Shown here piece by piece: positions 47,612 through 57,593 of a stretch of DNA of 64,000 nt (the stretch's first letter is position 1; every line of letters begins with the position of its first letter). A model generated the notes under the pieces. That model was not told the DNA's origin. It did no database searches and saw only the letters and a program-made list of their open reading frames with translations. This DNA comes from Ostreococcus lucimarinus (taxonomy: Eukaryota): assembly GCA_000092065.1 (NCBI GenBank), contig CP000582.1; one strand, given 5' to 3'. Made by a program: the position numbers and the translations under genes.

Positions 47612-47776
47612 CGCCCGCGTCGTCGTCGTCGTCGCGCCGCCGTCGCGCCGTCGCGAGGCGTCGCGCAGGAACGTCCCGAACGCCGCGCGCGTCGCGCGCC
47701 CGTCGGTCGCGCCGTCGCCGTCGCGCGGCATCGCGGCGCGCCCGCGCGTCACTCTGCGGCGACGCATCGACCGACG

Positions 47777-49480
47777 ATGTCTCGACGCGCCGACGCGCGC
47801 GCCGACGCCGCGCTCGGCGCGTACGCGTACGTCGACCTCGCGGGCGCGACGCAGGGGCCGTTCGCCGCGCGCGCGCTCGCGCGGTGGCACGAGGACGGGT
47901 TTCTCGAGCGCGCGCTCGCGCTGCGGCGCGACGGCGACGGACGCGAGACGACGGTCGGCGACGTCGTCGACGCGCTGCGCGCGCGCGATCGCGCGCGCGA
48001 CGAAGAGGACGACGACGCCGACGACGCGCGCGCGCGCGAGGGCGAGGGCGCGAGCGACGGCGTCGCCGATGACGATCGCGACGACGGCGGCGCGCGCGGC
48101 GACGACGCGAGGGCGAGCGCGTTGGACGATCGACTGTCGCGGTTGCTCGCGATCGGCGGCGGCGAGCTCCCGCGCGCGCGCGCGGTGACGCCGGACGTCG
48201 CGGAGGAGGGCGGGTGCGAGGACGCGGCGGCGCGGGATGCGATGGGATCGGAGACGGCGGGCGACGACGCGCGCGCGAGGGCGTACAGACGGCCGAGAGG
48301 GTGGCGGGACATCCTGCGCGCGACGCGGGAGAGGGTGCGGCGAGGACGGGCGGCGATGGGGGAACCGCTGGGCGAGGAGGACGAGACGGGGACGTGGAGC
48401 GCGGCGGTGAACGCGCGGTTGCGGGATCCGCGGCCGGACGGGCGCGCGCGGGGGACGGAACCGGACGAGGAGGGCGCGCTGCCGGAGGAACCCGCGCCGA
48501 TCGATCTTCGCGAGCCGTTTTGGGTGATTGAAGATCGCGCGCGAATGGACGGTGAGCTCGACGCCGAGCGTTTGAACGCCGCGGTGGCGGAGCAGTTGCG
48601 AAATACGTCAAAGCCGCCGGCGAGCGGCGACGCGAGGAGCGACGATTCAGACGTGAGTTGGAGCGGGAAGCCGGGAGGCTTGGAACGACAGGCTGCGCGC
48701 GCGGCGGAGCGCGCGGCGCTCGAAGCGGCGCAGCGCAACGCGCGCGAGGCTGCGGCGAGGACGGAGCGGGCGGAAGACGCCGCGGCGGTCGAAGAAGACG
48801 AAGCCGCGCGCGCGCGAGCGGCGACGGAGGAAGCGCGACGAAGACGACACGAAATGGAGCAATACTTTGCCGCAAATCCTTACGCCGGCGAGTGGTGGTT
48901 GACGGAACAAGAAAACGACGGAAAGTTTACGCTCGGACCGTTTGCGTACCACGAGCTGCTGGAAAGGCTTCCTCACGTCGCGGTGGCGCATCGCAGGGAC
49001 GACGACGCGTGGCGCGTGGTGGGTCCGTACGCGGCGCGCGAACGCGTCGAGGGTTACGGACGCAACATGGACGGCGCGGTGCTTTCGTTCGACCGTGATG
49101 AGGCTGATGCGGACGCGGCGGCGTCGCGCGATATGGAGACGGAAGCGTGGTTCGACGTCGTCACGTCTGTCATTGACGTAGAGGGCGAAGTACAAAATGC
49201 GCTCTCGCGAAACGTCGGCGACGAAAAGGATGTAAACGCGTGGTTCGATAGAGAAATGTCGAAAGTGAAACTTCCACCGGGAATCGCACCGATGAAATCG
49301 GTGAAGTCGACGCAACGAAAGCGTCGTCGCGGCTTTGAAACGCGCGTCGTCGCCAACGAAACTCAAAACCTTGCGTCGGCTCGCGTACTCGGCGATCTGT
49401 ACCAAGCGGTGACGAGGAATCGAAAACGACTTTTCGCGGCGATCATCGAGCCCGTGTTGGACGAGTGGGAACGCGAATAG
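47777..49480 (+). CDS. GYF-domain protein (two GYF-like modules, acidic/Arg-rich linker)
   Basis: ATG at 47777. YVDLAGATQGPFAARALARWHEDGFLERALALR is a GYF core (W.Y.d..g..qGPf....W...GyF). A second GYF-like unit is GEWWLTEQENDGKFTLGPFAYHELLERL. Asp/Glu/Arg-rich linker. The upstream ORF-track extension is antisense to PIG-V. Confidence 0.55.
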   Translation: MSRRADARADAALGAYAYVDLAGATQGPFAARALARWHEDGFLERALALRRDGDGRETTVGDVVDALRARDRARDEEDDDADDARAREGEGASDGVADDDRDDGGARGDDARASALDDRLSRLLAIGGGELPRARAVTPDVAEEGGCEDAAARDAMGSETAGDDARARAYRRPRGWRDILRATRERVRRGRAAMGEPLGEEDETGTWSAAVNARLRDPRPDGRARGTEPDEEGALPEEPAPIDLREPFWVIEDRARMDGELDAERLNAAVAEQLRNTSKPPASGDARSDDSDVSWSGKPGGLERQAARAAERAALEAAQRNAREAAARTERAEDAAAVEEDEAARARAATEEARRRRHEMEQYFAANPYAGEWWLTEQENDGKFTLGPFAYHELLERLPHVAVAHRRDDDAWRVVGPYAARERVEGYGRNMDGAVLSFDRDEADADAAASRDMETEAWFDVVTSVIDVEGEVQNALSRNVGDEKDVNAWFDREMSKVKLPPGIAPMKSVKSTQRKRRRGFETRVVANETQNLASARVLGDLYQAVTRNRKRLFAAIIEPVLDEWERE

Positions 49481-49533
49481 CTCATCTAGTATACTGTAGA
49501 TTTCAACTCAATGCTCTAAATGTCTGCTATAAG
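49481..49533. terminator. 53 bp AT-rich spacer between convergent stops (GYF + / PNPase -)
   Basis: CTCATCTAGTATACTGTAGATTTCAACTCAATGCTCTAAATGTCTGCTATAAG. Confidence 0.45.
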
Positions 49534-52017
49534 TTACTCGGGGTCGGATGGCGTCGTCGCCTTCGCCTTCACCGTGAAACGCGGCGTTTCGCGTCCAGGT
49601 GGACGGGGACGAGGTAACAGCGCTTTTCGACTCCATTTGATGCTTCCACGCGCGTCCTTCTTGACGCACTTCACCTCGACTTGATCGCCCACCGAATAAA
49701 CGTCGGATACATTTTCGGTGTGCTCGTGCGCAATTTCGCTCACGTGCAACAGCCCATCGTCGCCGGAAGCGGTAGTGAGCACGCAACCGAAAGGTAGCAC
49801 TTCTTTCACCGTGGTGGCGTACGTCTTGCCGACTTCTACGATGGAATTCTTCAAGTTTTCGATGTGCGCGATGGCGGCGTCGTACGACGCTTTATTTTGT
49901 CCAAACACAGCCAAGTCACCATCGTCGTTAACGACGGAAACCTTTGCCCCGGTTTCTTTTTCTAAAGCCTTAATATTCGAACCTTGAGGGCCGATAAGTT
50001 TCCCGATCAACGCCGGCGGCAGCGTCGCTCTGCCATAGCGAGGCGCGGAGTCCTTCATCACAGATTTTGGCTCGCTCACGGCGCGCTCCATTACGTCGAT
50101 GACTTTCTGCCTCGCCGCTGACGCGCGATCGAGCGCTTCGATGAGAATATCCAACGGAATGCCCGCAGGCTTACAATCGAGTTGAATGCCAGTGACGCCC
50201 GAACGTGTGCCCGCAATTTTAAAATCCATATCCCCTAAAACATCTTCGAGACCCATGATGTCGTCCATGAGCGCGTACCGCTTGACCTCGCCCGTTTCCT
50301 CGTCTTCGTCCATGACGAGACCGATCGAAATTGCGCCGACGTGCTCGGTGAGCGGCACGCCTGCATCCATGAGCGCCATGGATCCCGAGCACACGGCAGC
50401 CATAGAAGACGAACCGTTGCTCTCGAGAGTCTCGGTGTTCACGCGCACCGCAAATGGGAAAGCGTCCTCATCCGGAAAGACTCCCAAAAGCGACTTCTCC
50501 GCGAGTGCGCCGTGTCCAACCTCGCGCCGTGAAAGCCCCCTCGCACCGGTTTCGTTCACAGAAAACGAAGGGAACGAGTAGTGCAACATCAGACGCTTGG
50601 ACGTTGGACCCGTTAAATTGTCCAACCGCTGCGAGTCTTCGAGCGAGCCCAAGGTGACGGTGGCCAGCGCCTGCGTGTTCCCGCGCTCAAATAGTGCGCT
50701 GCCGTGCACGATGGGCATCGTTCCAGTGACACCGTCGAGATTGCGAAGTTCGTACACACCGCGTCCGTCGACGCGCACGCCCTCGTCGAGAACTCGTTCG
50801 CGAAGCACGCGACCGCACACGGCGAAGTACGCCGAACCCAACATGGCTTCGCTCACCTCACCACTCTCCATCCACTCCGGATGGCTATCCATGAGTTCGC
50901 GCACGACTTCGCTTTGTAGCTCCGCCATTTTACGCCCACGCTCGTGTTTATCCTGAATGTGCTCTTCGTAGAGCGCGACTAATCGCGCCTTGGCGACGTC
51001 GTAGCACGCGCGTTTCATCTCCGCCGTCACGGGAGCCGCCGCGAGCTCTTGCTTGGGCTTACCTATCTCGTTTGCGAGCGCGATTTGAGGAGGTATCAAC
51101 TCACGCACGGCTTCGTGCGCTTTTCGCAGCGCATCGGCGACTAAAGTTTCCTCCAAGCCCCCAGATTTATTACTCTGCGCCTCGATCATCAACGCTCGCG
51201 CTTCGTTCCCGGCGTAAAACAGAGTGAAATCTGAACTCTCCACCACCTCATCCGACGGCGAAACTATGATTGCTTTATTCACCACCGCCACTCGGACCGC
51301 GCCGATGGGTCCATTCCATGGAATGCTCGACGCCGTCAACGCCGCGCTCGCTCCGTTCACCGCCAACACCGCCGGATCCTCCACGCCGTCGCTCGCCATG
51401 ACGACGCACTGCAACATCACCTCCTTGGCGAAATTCTTCTCAAAAAGCGGCCGAGTCGCCCTATCGATCACCCGCATCGCCAGTATCTCCCTCTCTTTCG
51501 GCGCGCCCTCGCGTCGCGTGAACGTCGACGGAATCTTCCCCTTCGCGTACGACCGCTCGCGATAATCCACCATCAACGGCGCGAACCCTTTAATCAACGA
51601 CCCGTGATCGAGCTCTCGACTCGCCGTCGCCGCGCACAGCGCCACCGTTTCCCCACTGTACGCCAGCACCGCCCCATCCGTCAGCCGCGCGAGTCGTCCG
51701 CTTTCAAACGTGACTCGTCTCGGCGTCGCCGCGTTCGCGTCGCCGTCCTCGCGGCTCGTCGTCGCGCGCGCCGTCGCGCCCGGAAACTTTCCCTCCGTCG
51801 ACGACGACGCGCTCGCCGCGAACGCGCGCGTTCGTCCGCGCGTCTCCGTCTTCGCCGCGGCCGCGCCGTGCGTTCTTCCGCGCGTCGTCGTCGTCGATCG
51901 CGTCGCGCCGTCCGCCGCCACCGCGACGAGCGTCTTCGTCGCGTCCGCGCGCGCGCGAAGCGTCGCGTCGCGGCCGAACGCGCGCGCGAGCGCTCGCAGG
52001 GCGTTCGCGCGCGGCAT
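49534..52017 (-). CDS. PNP: Polyribonucleotide nucleotidyltransferase (PNPase), organellar
   Basis: Two RNase PH domains (FESGRLARLTDGAVLAYSGETVAL...; GRGVYELRNLDGVTGTMPIVHGSALFERGNTQAL...), KH (LPPALIGKLIGPQGSNIKALEKETGAKVSV) and S1 (VGKTYATTVKEVLPFGCVLTTASGDDGLLHVSEIAHEH) domains. Start is uncertain: ATGs at 52017, 52083 and 52098 all precede an about 100 aa transit-like region. 52098 would abut the divergent NMO ATG. Confidence 0.85.
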   Translation of the reverse strand: MPRANALRALARAFGRDATLRARADATKTLVAVAADGATRSTTTTRGRTHGAAAAKTETRGRTRAFAASASSSTEGKFPGATARATTSREDGDANAATPRRVTFESGRLARLTDGAVLAYSGETVALCAATASRELDHGSLIKGFAPLMVDYRERSYAKGKIPSTFTRREGAPKEREILAMRVIDRATRPLFEKNFAKEVMLQCVVMASDGVEDPAVLAVNGASAALTASSIPWNGPIGAVRVAVVNKAIIVSPSDEVVESSDFTLFYAGNEARALMIEAQSNKSGGLEETLVADALRKAHEAVRELIPPQIALANEIGKPKQELAAAPVTAEMKRACYDVAKARLVALYEEHIQDKHERGRKMAELQSEVVRELMDSHPEWMESGEVSEAMLGSAYFAVCGRVLRERVLDEGVRVDGRGVYELRNLDGVTGTMPIVHGSALFERGNTQALATVTLGSLEDSQRLDNLTGPTSKRLMLHYSFPSFSVNETGARGLSRREVGHGALAEKSLLGVFPDEDAFPFAVRVNTETLESNGSSSMAAVCSGSMALMDAGVPLTEHVGAISIGLVMDEDEETGEVKRYALMDDIMGLEDVLGDMDFKIAGTRSGVTGIQLDCKPAGIPLDILIEALDRASAARQKVIDVMERAVSEPKSVMKDSAPRYGRATLPPALIGKLIGPQGSNIKALEKETGAKVSVVNDDGDLAVFGQNKASYDAAIAHIENLKNSIVEVGKTYATTVKEVLPFGCVLTTASGDDGLLHVSEIAHEHTENVSDVYSVGDQVEVKCVKKDARGSIKWSRKALLPRPRPPGRETPRFTVKAKATTPSDPE

Positions 52018-52101
52018 CGGACGGCGCGTCGAGGTGTGCGGACGCGTCGCGCGCGTCGTCGTCACTCGTCGACGCGTTCGCATCGCATCGCGACGCATCG
52101 G

Positions 52102-53142
52102 ATGGCGCGACGCGCGCGCCTGCGCACGCGGCTCACCGATCTCGTTCCCGGACTCGAGCATCCCGTGACGCAGGGCGGCATGCACCACGTCGCGTACGCC
52201 GCGCTCGTCGCCGCGGTGTCGAACGCCGGCGCGCTCGGCACGCTCACGGCGCTGACGCAGCCGACGCCCGAGGATCTGCGACGAGAGATCGCGCGAACGC
52301 GCGCGATGATCACGCGGAGGAGCGAAAAGAGTAAGAGCGGATACGCGCCGTTCGCGGTGAACTTCACGCTGCTGCCGGCGCTGCGACCGCCGGATTACGA
52401 ATCGTACGCGAGGGTGATTTGCGAGAGCGACGTCGAGGTGGTGGAGACGGCGGGAGCGAATCCGGGGAAATTCATCGAGATGTTCAAGAAAAAGGGGATA
52501 ATAGTGATACATAAGTGCACGACGCTGCGACACGCGCTGGCGGCGGAGCGGTTGGGGGTGGACGCGGTGAGCGTGGACGGGTTCGAGTGCGCGGGACATC
52601 CGGGGACGAACGACGTGGGGGCGATGGTTTTGTTGGCCAAGGCGCGAGACGTGCTGACGGTACCGTTTCTAGCGTGCGGGGGGATAGGAACTGGGAGGCA
52701 ACTCGCGGCGGCGCTGGCTTTGGGCGCGGATGGGGTGTGCATGGGGACGAGATTTATGGCGACGCGCGAGGCGCCGATTAAGGATGGCATCAAACGCGCG
52801 TTAATCGCCGCCGACGAGAACCAAACCACGCTCGTCATGACGACGGTGAAGAATCACGAGCGGGTGTATAAGAATAAAGTCGCCGAAGAAGTGCGCGCGA
52901 TCGAGGCGGTGAAGCCCGGAGACTTTGGCGCGATTCACCATTTAGTGCGCGGGGAAAACTATCGCGTATCGTTTCAGGAAACCGGCGACGCCGAATCGAG
53001 CGTCTGGAGCGCCGGATGCGTCATGGGTCTCATCGACGACGCCCCATCGTGCGACGAACTCCTCACGCGCATCATCGACGAGGCTGTGGACGTGATGACG
53101 ACGCGACTACATCGCATGATTGTCGTAGACGCCGCGCTCTGA
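52102..53142 (+). CDS. Nitronate monooxygenase / 2-nitropropane dioxygenase-like FMN oxidoreductase (NMO family)
   Basis: ATG at 52102. LTDLVPGLEHPVTQGGMHHVAYAALVAAVSNAGALGTL is the NMO N-terminal FMN-binding signature. TIM-barrel blocks DAVSVDGFECAGHPG and ACGGIGTGRQLAAALALGADGVCMGTRF. Confidence 0.75.
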   Translation: MARRARLRTRLTDLVPGLEHPVTQGGMHHVAYAALVAAVSNAGALGTLTALTQPTPEDLRREIARTRAMITRRSEKSKSGYAPFAVNFTLLPALRPPDYESYARVICESDVEVVETAGANPGKFIEMFKKKGIIVIHKCTTLRHALAAERLGVDAVSVDGFECAGHPGTNDVGAMVLLAKARDVLTVPFLACGGIGTGRQLAAALALGADGVCMGTRFMATREAPIKDGIKRALIAADENQTTLVMTTVKNHERVYKNKVAEEVRAIEAVKPGDFGAIHHLVRGENYRVSFQETGDAESSVWSAGCVMGLIDDAPSCDELLTRIIDEAVDVMTTRLHRMIVVDAAL

Positions 53143-53242
53143 GCCGCGTTTCGCCGTAGAAGCTCCTTCTTCTCTCCTTCTCTTGTAGTTGACTTCATTT
53201 TCCCGCGCTCGGTCCTCGTCGTTCGCGCGCGCGCGCGCGAGC

Positions 53243-54379
53243 ATGTCGACCAAACCTTTCGACTACTCCAAATGGGACGCCATCGAGCTCAGCGACGACG
53301 AAGACAGCCATCCCGGGGCGCAATTCATCGAAGCTCAAACGCTGCGAAGGATCAAACGCGAGGCGCACGAGCACAAGGAGCGCGAGCGCATCGCGCGCGT
53401 GGACGCGCTGAAGACGAAAAAGAAGGCGCTGAAGCGCGAGATTAAAAGCGAGGAAGAGACGCTGGTGAGGACGGTGGAAACGCTGACGCCCGAAGCGGAC
53501 GGGAACGGGGACGGGGACGCGGCGAGACGCGCCGCGGAGACGGCGCGAGCGACGATCGAAGCGAAACGGACGGAACTCGCCGACGTTGAGCGTCAAATAG
53601 AGGCGTTGGAGCATCAAAAGAAGTTCAACGCGGAGGAGATGTGTTACGTGGCGAGTGAGAAGACATTGGTCGGCGCGGCGTGCAAGCCGGAGGAAGTGGC
53701 TCGAGCGCAAACGATGTCGTACGAAGAGTACGTGAAGACATACGGGGAGGATTTGGATGAAATTGCGAGCGGTAACGCGTCGATGTCGTACGGTGAGCTC
53801 GGAGAATGGTTCGCGAACGGCAAGTTGCACCTATTTTGTGAACACTCCACGGGATACTTGCTCTTGAAATCGCTTTACTTGGAGATGGAGAAGAAGACGC
53901 GCGAGGCGAGGACGTGCGCTCGGGTCGCTTTCGCTTGCAAATCCATCGGCGAATTCGCCGAGGCTGGTAAAAAGAGCGAGCGAGACGCGGCGGAACCATT
54001 TTTTAGACGACTAGACACCAACCCGGACGTCGCTCGCGAGTACGAAAAGTCCTTCGACGAGTACTTTGAAAAGCTCCGCGAGCGCGCCGAGGTCAAGCTT
54101 CGCGAGGAAGCCGCGTCGGCGTCCGCCGCCGAGCCCACGTCGCTCGAAGAAGTCCCTTTAGAAGACCGTCTCGGTCCCGGCGGTCTCGACCCGGTCGCCG
54201 TGTACGACGCCCTCCCTCGCGAGATGCGCGAAGCCTTCGATTCCGGCTCCGTCGACGCGTTGAAAAAATTTGTCAACTCCCTCCCCATGGACGAGGCTCG
54301 CGCGCACATGCGCGCGATGGTGGACAGCGGTCTTTGGGTTCCGACCCCGGGCGAGGATCCAGGCGAGGCTCTGCGCTGA
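53243..54379 (+). CDS. CDC37: Hsp90 co-chaperone Cdc37
   Basis: ORF-track start is TTG; ATG at 53243. MSTKPFDYSKWDAIELSDDEDSHPGAQFIEAQTLRRIKREAHE reproduces the Cdc37 N-terminal kinase-binding motif (DYSKWD..ELSDDED.HPN). The middle Hsp90-binding and C-terminal regions are collinear. Confidence 0.8.
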   Translation: MSTKPFDYSKWDAIELSDDEDSHPGAQFIEAQTLRRIKREAHEHKERERIARVDALKTKKKALKREIKSEEETLVRTVETLTPEADGNGDGDAARRAAETARATIEAKRTELADVERQIEALEHQKKFNAEEMCYVASEKTLVGAACKPEEVARAQTMSYEEYVKTYGEDLDEIASGNASMSYGELGEWFANGKLHLFCEHSTGYLLLKSLYLEMEKKTREARTCARVAFACKSIGEFAEAGKKSERDAAEPFFRRLDTNPDVAREYEKSFDEYFEKLRERAEVKLREEAASASAAEPTSLEEVPLEDRLGPGGLDPVAVYDALPREMREAFDSGSVDALKKFVNSLPMDEARAHMRAMVDSGLWVPTPGEDPGEALR

Positions 54380-54494
54380 GCTCGGTCGTGTCGTCGCGAT
54401 TCCCTCGACGCGCGCGCGACCGCCTGATTTTTCAACTGTAACATCTGACCCTTCGTTTCCTCTTTCCCCTCACGCGCTCCCGCACACGCCGACG

Positions 54495-57400
54495 ATGCCC
54501 GCCGCCGACGCGGACGCGCCCGCGCGCGACGACGACGCGGGATTCGTCGTGCGCACCATCTCGAGGCGTCCGTGCGTGACCTGCGTCGCGACGCTCTTGT
54601 TCGCCGCGATAATTTCCGCCGTCGGTTTGGTGACGGGGACGCTCGAGGTGCAGACCGAAGGCTGGGAAACGCGCGGCACGCCGATCGCGAATCGCCAGGT
54701 GCCGTACAGCCTGTACAGCGAGAGCACGTTCGACGACGGCACGACGAACAACGCGTACCTGAGCGAACCGAACGCGCGACGAAAGTTGTTGTCTGGGACG
54801 CCCGACTGCGGAACGGGGGGGCAGTACGACTCGGAGAGCAACAGTAACATGGAGGACGACAACAATTTTCACTTGATATTCGAATCGACGGGGGGGGATT
54901 TGTTCACGCCGGAAGCGTTCGCGGATATGTGCAAGGCGACGGAGTCTTTCATGGATCACGCCAACGGGGGCGGCGACGGCGACGACTTTGGAAGCCTGTG
55001 CGAGCGACAGAGCGTATGCTCGAGCGCCAGCGATCCGCCGGGGACGACGTCGTCGGATTGGTCGTCGGGTGGGACGTATAAAGGAACGTGGCAGAACTGG
55101 CAGATCGAAACTTCGGGCTCGCCTTCGACGTACAGGCGATGCTCGCGGGCCTTTTCGTACCCCACGTATCTGTACATGAACACCGCCGGGGCCTCGAGCT
55201 GCGACGACTACTTAACAAACTCTGCGTTGCAAACGGCTCTGACGAATTTGAAGACATACTTACTCGCCTGCGCCCCCGTGAAGGCTGCTGATTCTGAGGC
55301 GGCTTGTTCGGGAACTTCGCCTGTGCCTTGGAAGTCGGCGGCGCTCGGTGAAGCTTTCGGCTTAAATGGCGTCACCGATTTATCGCTCACCCGCTCCATC
55401 ATCCCAACGACTGGCAACAGCGATATGATCGCAACATGGGGTTTGAACACGTGGGAAGGCGGTTGGACGTACTCGAGTTCGTATTTCAACGTGTACTATG
55501 ACACCGCTAGTTCGGACGTAAAAGACGCGTATGTCGACGAACAGCTGTTCAAAGACTTGGCGCTCGCCGTCAGCGCCATCTCCATCATTATCATCTTGAT
55601 GTGGGTGCACATGGGTTCGGTGCTATTGACCGTGGGTGGAATCGTACAAGTGCTACTGGCGTTCCCGTCGGCCATTTTCTTCACCAAGACGCTCTGTCAA
55701 CTCGACTTCTTTCCGTTTCTCAACTTCATCGGTCTTTTTGTGATCGCCGGCATCGGCGCCGACGATTGCTTCGTGATGTACGACAAGTTCCAACAGTCCA
55801 AGTGTCGGTGCGTCCCCGGGGCGAACGCTACGGAAGTCATGAAACGCGCGTATTGGGATTCCGCGTGGGCCATGTTTTTGACGTCGATGACTACGGCTGC
55901 AGCGTTCTACTCGAACGCAATCATACCCATCGCTCCCATTCGCGTCTTCGCAATTTTCATGGGCACGATGGTCATATTTGACTATCTGTATGATATCACG
56001 ATATTTGCCGCTTTGCTGGCATGGCAGCACGACGTCATCGTTGGGTACGAAAACACTGGCAAGAACACGTTTGGGTCGTGGTTTCTGGATTTTTATGGCT
56101 CAATCGCACGCTTTCGAGCCAACTGCAAGAAAGGACCACCAAAAACCCGCGACGCTGACGATGTCATCGATTCCAACCGCGAACGAAGATCGGTGGCTGA
56201 AGCTATGCTCGCAGACAAAGTGTTCCCCATCATTCACACACTCCGGTGGTTCCTCGTGGTGGCTCTCATCGGTGCTTTTGCGGGCGGCATGGTCGGCACT
56301 TTGAAGCTGTCGACTCCGCGTGACTCGGAAGTCCAATTGCTCCCTGACGACCACATGTTCACGAAATTTTCGTTCCTCAGGCGTTCAGGCTTCAAGAGCT
56401 CAACGGAGTCTCAGGTGTGGACGAAAGTTCTGTGGGGGGTTACTCCGTCGGACAATGGCGATCACTTCAACCCCGCGAGCCGAGCTTCGATTGAATGGGA
56501 CACGTCGTTCGATCTTTCACCCACTGCGAATCAAAACTGGTTGAAGACTTTTTGCAGTGACACAAAGTCGAACATGGCGAACGATAACGCAGCGTATTGT
56601 TGGTTCGAATACTTTGAAACTTGGCTCGGCTCGGCGGGTGGCCCGACCGAGTGTGGCGGCTACAAATTCATTCCAGTCCCTCAGGCCAACTTTTACAGTT
56701 GCGTCAAGTATTACGCCGATCAGAATCCAAGTGTACAGATGATGTCTCGCCCACTCTCGAACGCGTTCTACACTAGTAATGGCCAAACAAGGATGAAAAT
56801 CATGTCGGTGCAGTTCGCCACAAACGTATTGTGGACCGCGCCTACGGAAGACCTTGAAAAAGTCTGGCAAACTTGGGAGAACTATTTCGCGGCCAAGATG
56901 GCGACAGCACCAGCTGGACTTAAGAACGGGTTTCAAACGTCTGACGCATGGGCTTGGATGGATACCGTCGCTCAGATGCGAGACGGTGCGTACATCGCGG
57001 CCGGGACGACGCTCGCAATCGCTGCGGTGACGACGATGATCTCCACGCAAAACGTCATCATCACCTTGTACTCACTGTTGTGCATCTTGACGATTCTCGT
57101 CGTCACGGTCGCCGGGGTCGTTTCCATGGGCTGGAATCTCGGGTTCCTCGAAGGGATCTGTCTCGTCATCTTAATCGGGCTTTCGGTTGATTACGTCGTT
57201 CACATCGGGCACGCGTACGCGCACGCTGCTCGCCACGAAGGCGTCAGTCGTCGGGAATGCGCTCGCTCGGCGCTCAGTGTCATGGGTTTCCCCGTCCTCG
57301 GTGCGGCGTTCACAACTCTGTGCGCTGCGCTTGCGTTACTTCAAGCCGTGATCGTCTTTTTCACAAAGTTCGGCACCATCGTCGTGCTCTCCGCCGTCTT

Positions 57401-57530
57401 CTCGTCCATCGTCTCCGTCGTGTTGTTCATCGGCCTGCTCGCGGCGGCGGGTCCGGTCAACGGTATGGGCGACGTCACGCGCCTCTGTGGACGAAAAGCG
57501 TTGTCCAAGAGCAAGAGCATTGCGTACTAA
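54495..57530 (+). CDS. Patched-family RND membrane protein with sterol-sensing domain
   Basis: ATG at 54495. 12 TM in two blocks, separated by large Cys-containing extracytoplasmic loops. SSD signature: FIGLFVIAGIGADDCFVMYDKF. Second TM bundle has the same topology. Confidence 0.75.
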   Translation: MPAADADAPARDDDAGFVVRTISRRPCVTCVATLLFAAIISAVGLVTGTLEVQTEGWETRGTPIANRQVPYSLYSESTFDDGTTNNAYLSEPNARRKLLSGTPDCGTGGQYDSESNSNMEDDNNFHLIFESTGGDLFTPEAFADMCKATESFMDHANGGGDGDDFGSLCERQSVCSSASDPPGTTSSDWSSGGTYKGTWQNWQIETSGSPSTYRRCSRAFSYPTYLYMNTAGASSCDDYLTNSALQTALTNLKTYLLACAPVKAADSEAACSGTSPVPWKSAALGEAFGLNGVTDLSLTRSIIPTTGNSDMIATWGLNTWEGGWTYSSSYFNVYYDTASSDVKDAYVDEQLFKDLALAVSAISIIIILMWVHMGSVLLTVGGIVQVLLAFPSAIFFTKTLCQLDFFPFLNFIGLFVIAGIGADDCFVMYDKFQQSKCRCVPGANATEVMKRAYWDSAWAMFLTSMTTAAAFYSNAIIPIAPIRVFAIFMGTMVIFDYLYDITIFAALLAWQHDVIVGYENTGKNTFGSWFLDFYGSIARFRANCKKGPPKTRDADDVIDSNRERRSVAEAMLADKVFPIIHTLRWFLVVALIGAFAGGMVGTLKLSTPRDSEVQLLPDDHMFTKFSFLRRSGFKSSTESQVWTKVLWGVTPSDNGDHFNPASRASIEWDTSFDLSPTANQNWLKTFCSDTKSNMANDNAAYCWFEYFETWLGSAGGPTECGGYKFIPVPQANFYSCVKYYADQNPSVQMMSRPLSNAFYTSNGQTRMKIMSVQFATNVLWTAPTEDLEKVWQTWENYFAAKMATAPAGLKNGFQTSDAWAWMDTVAQMRDGAYIAAGTTLAIAAVTTMISTQNVIITLYSLLCILTILVVTVAGVVSMGWNLGFLEGICLVILIGLSVDYVVHIGHAYAHAARHEGVSRRECARSALSVMGFPVLGAAFTTLCAALALLQAVIVFFTKFGTIVVLSAVFSSIVSVVLFIGLLAAAGPVNGMGDVTRLCGRKALSKSKSIAY

Positions 57531-57593
57531 TCGGTGCAACTTGTACGGCTTTTTACAAATTTTTCACTTTACTGTAATTTATTACAACACTCT
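57531..57593. terminator. 63 bp AT-rich spacer between convergent stops (Patched + / methyltransferase -)
   Basis: TCGGTGCAACTTGTACGGCTTTTTACAAATTTTTCACTTTACTGTAATTTATTACAACACTC. Confidence 0.45.

Noticed and set aside
52083-52098. PNPase start at ATG 52098 or 52083
   Set aside because: These would place the start 4-19 bp from the divergent NMO ATG, leaving no promoter. 52017 was chosen provisionally and all three are listed in the evidence.
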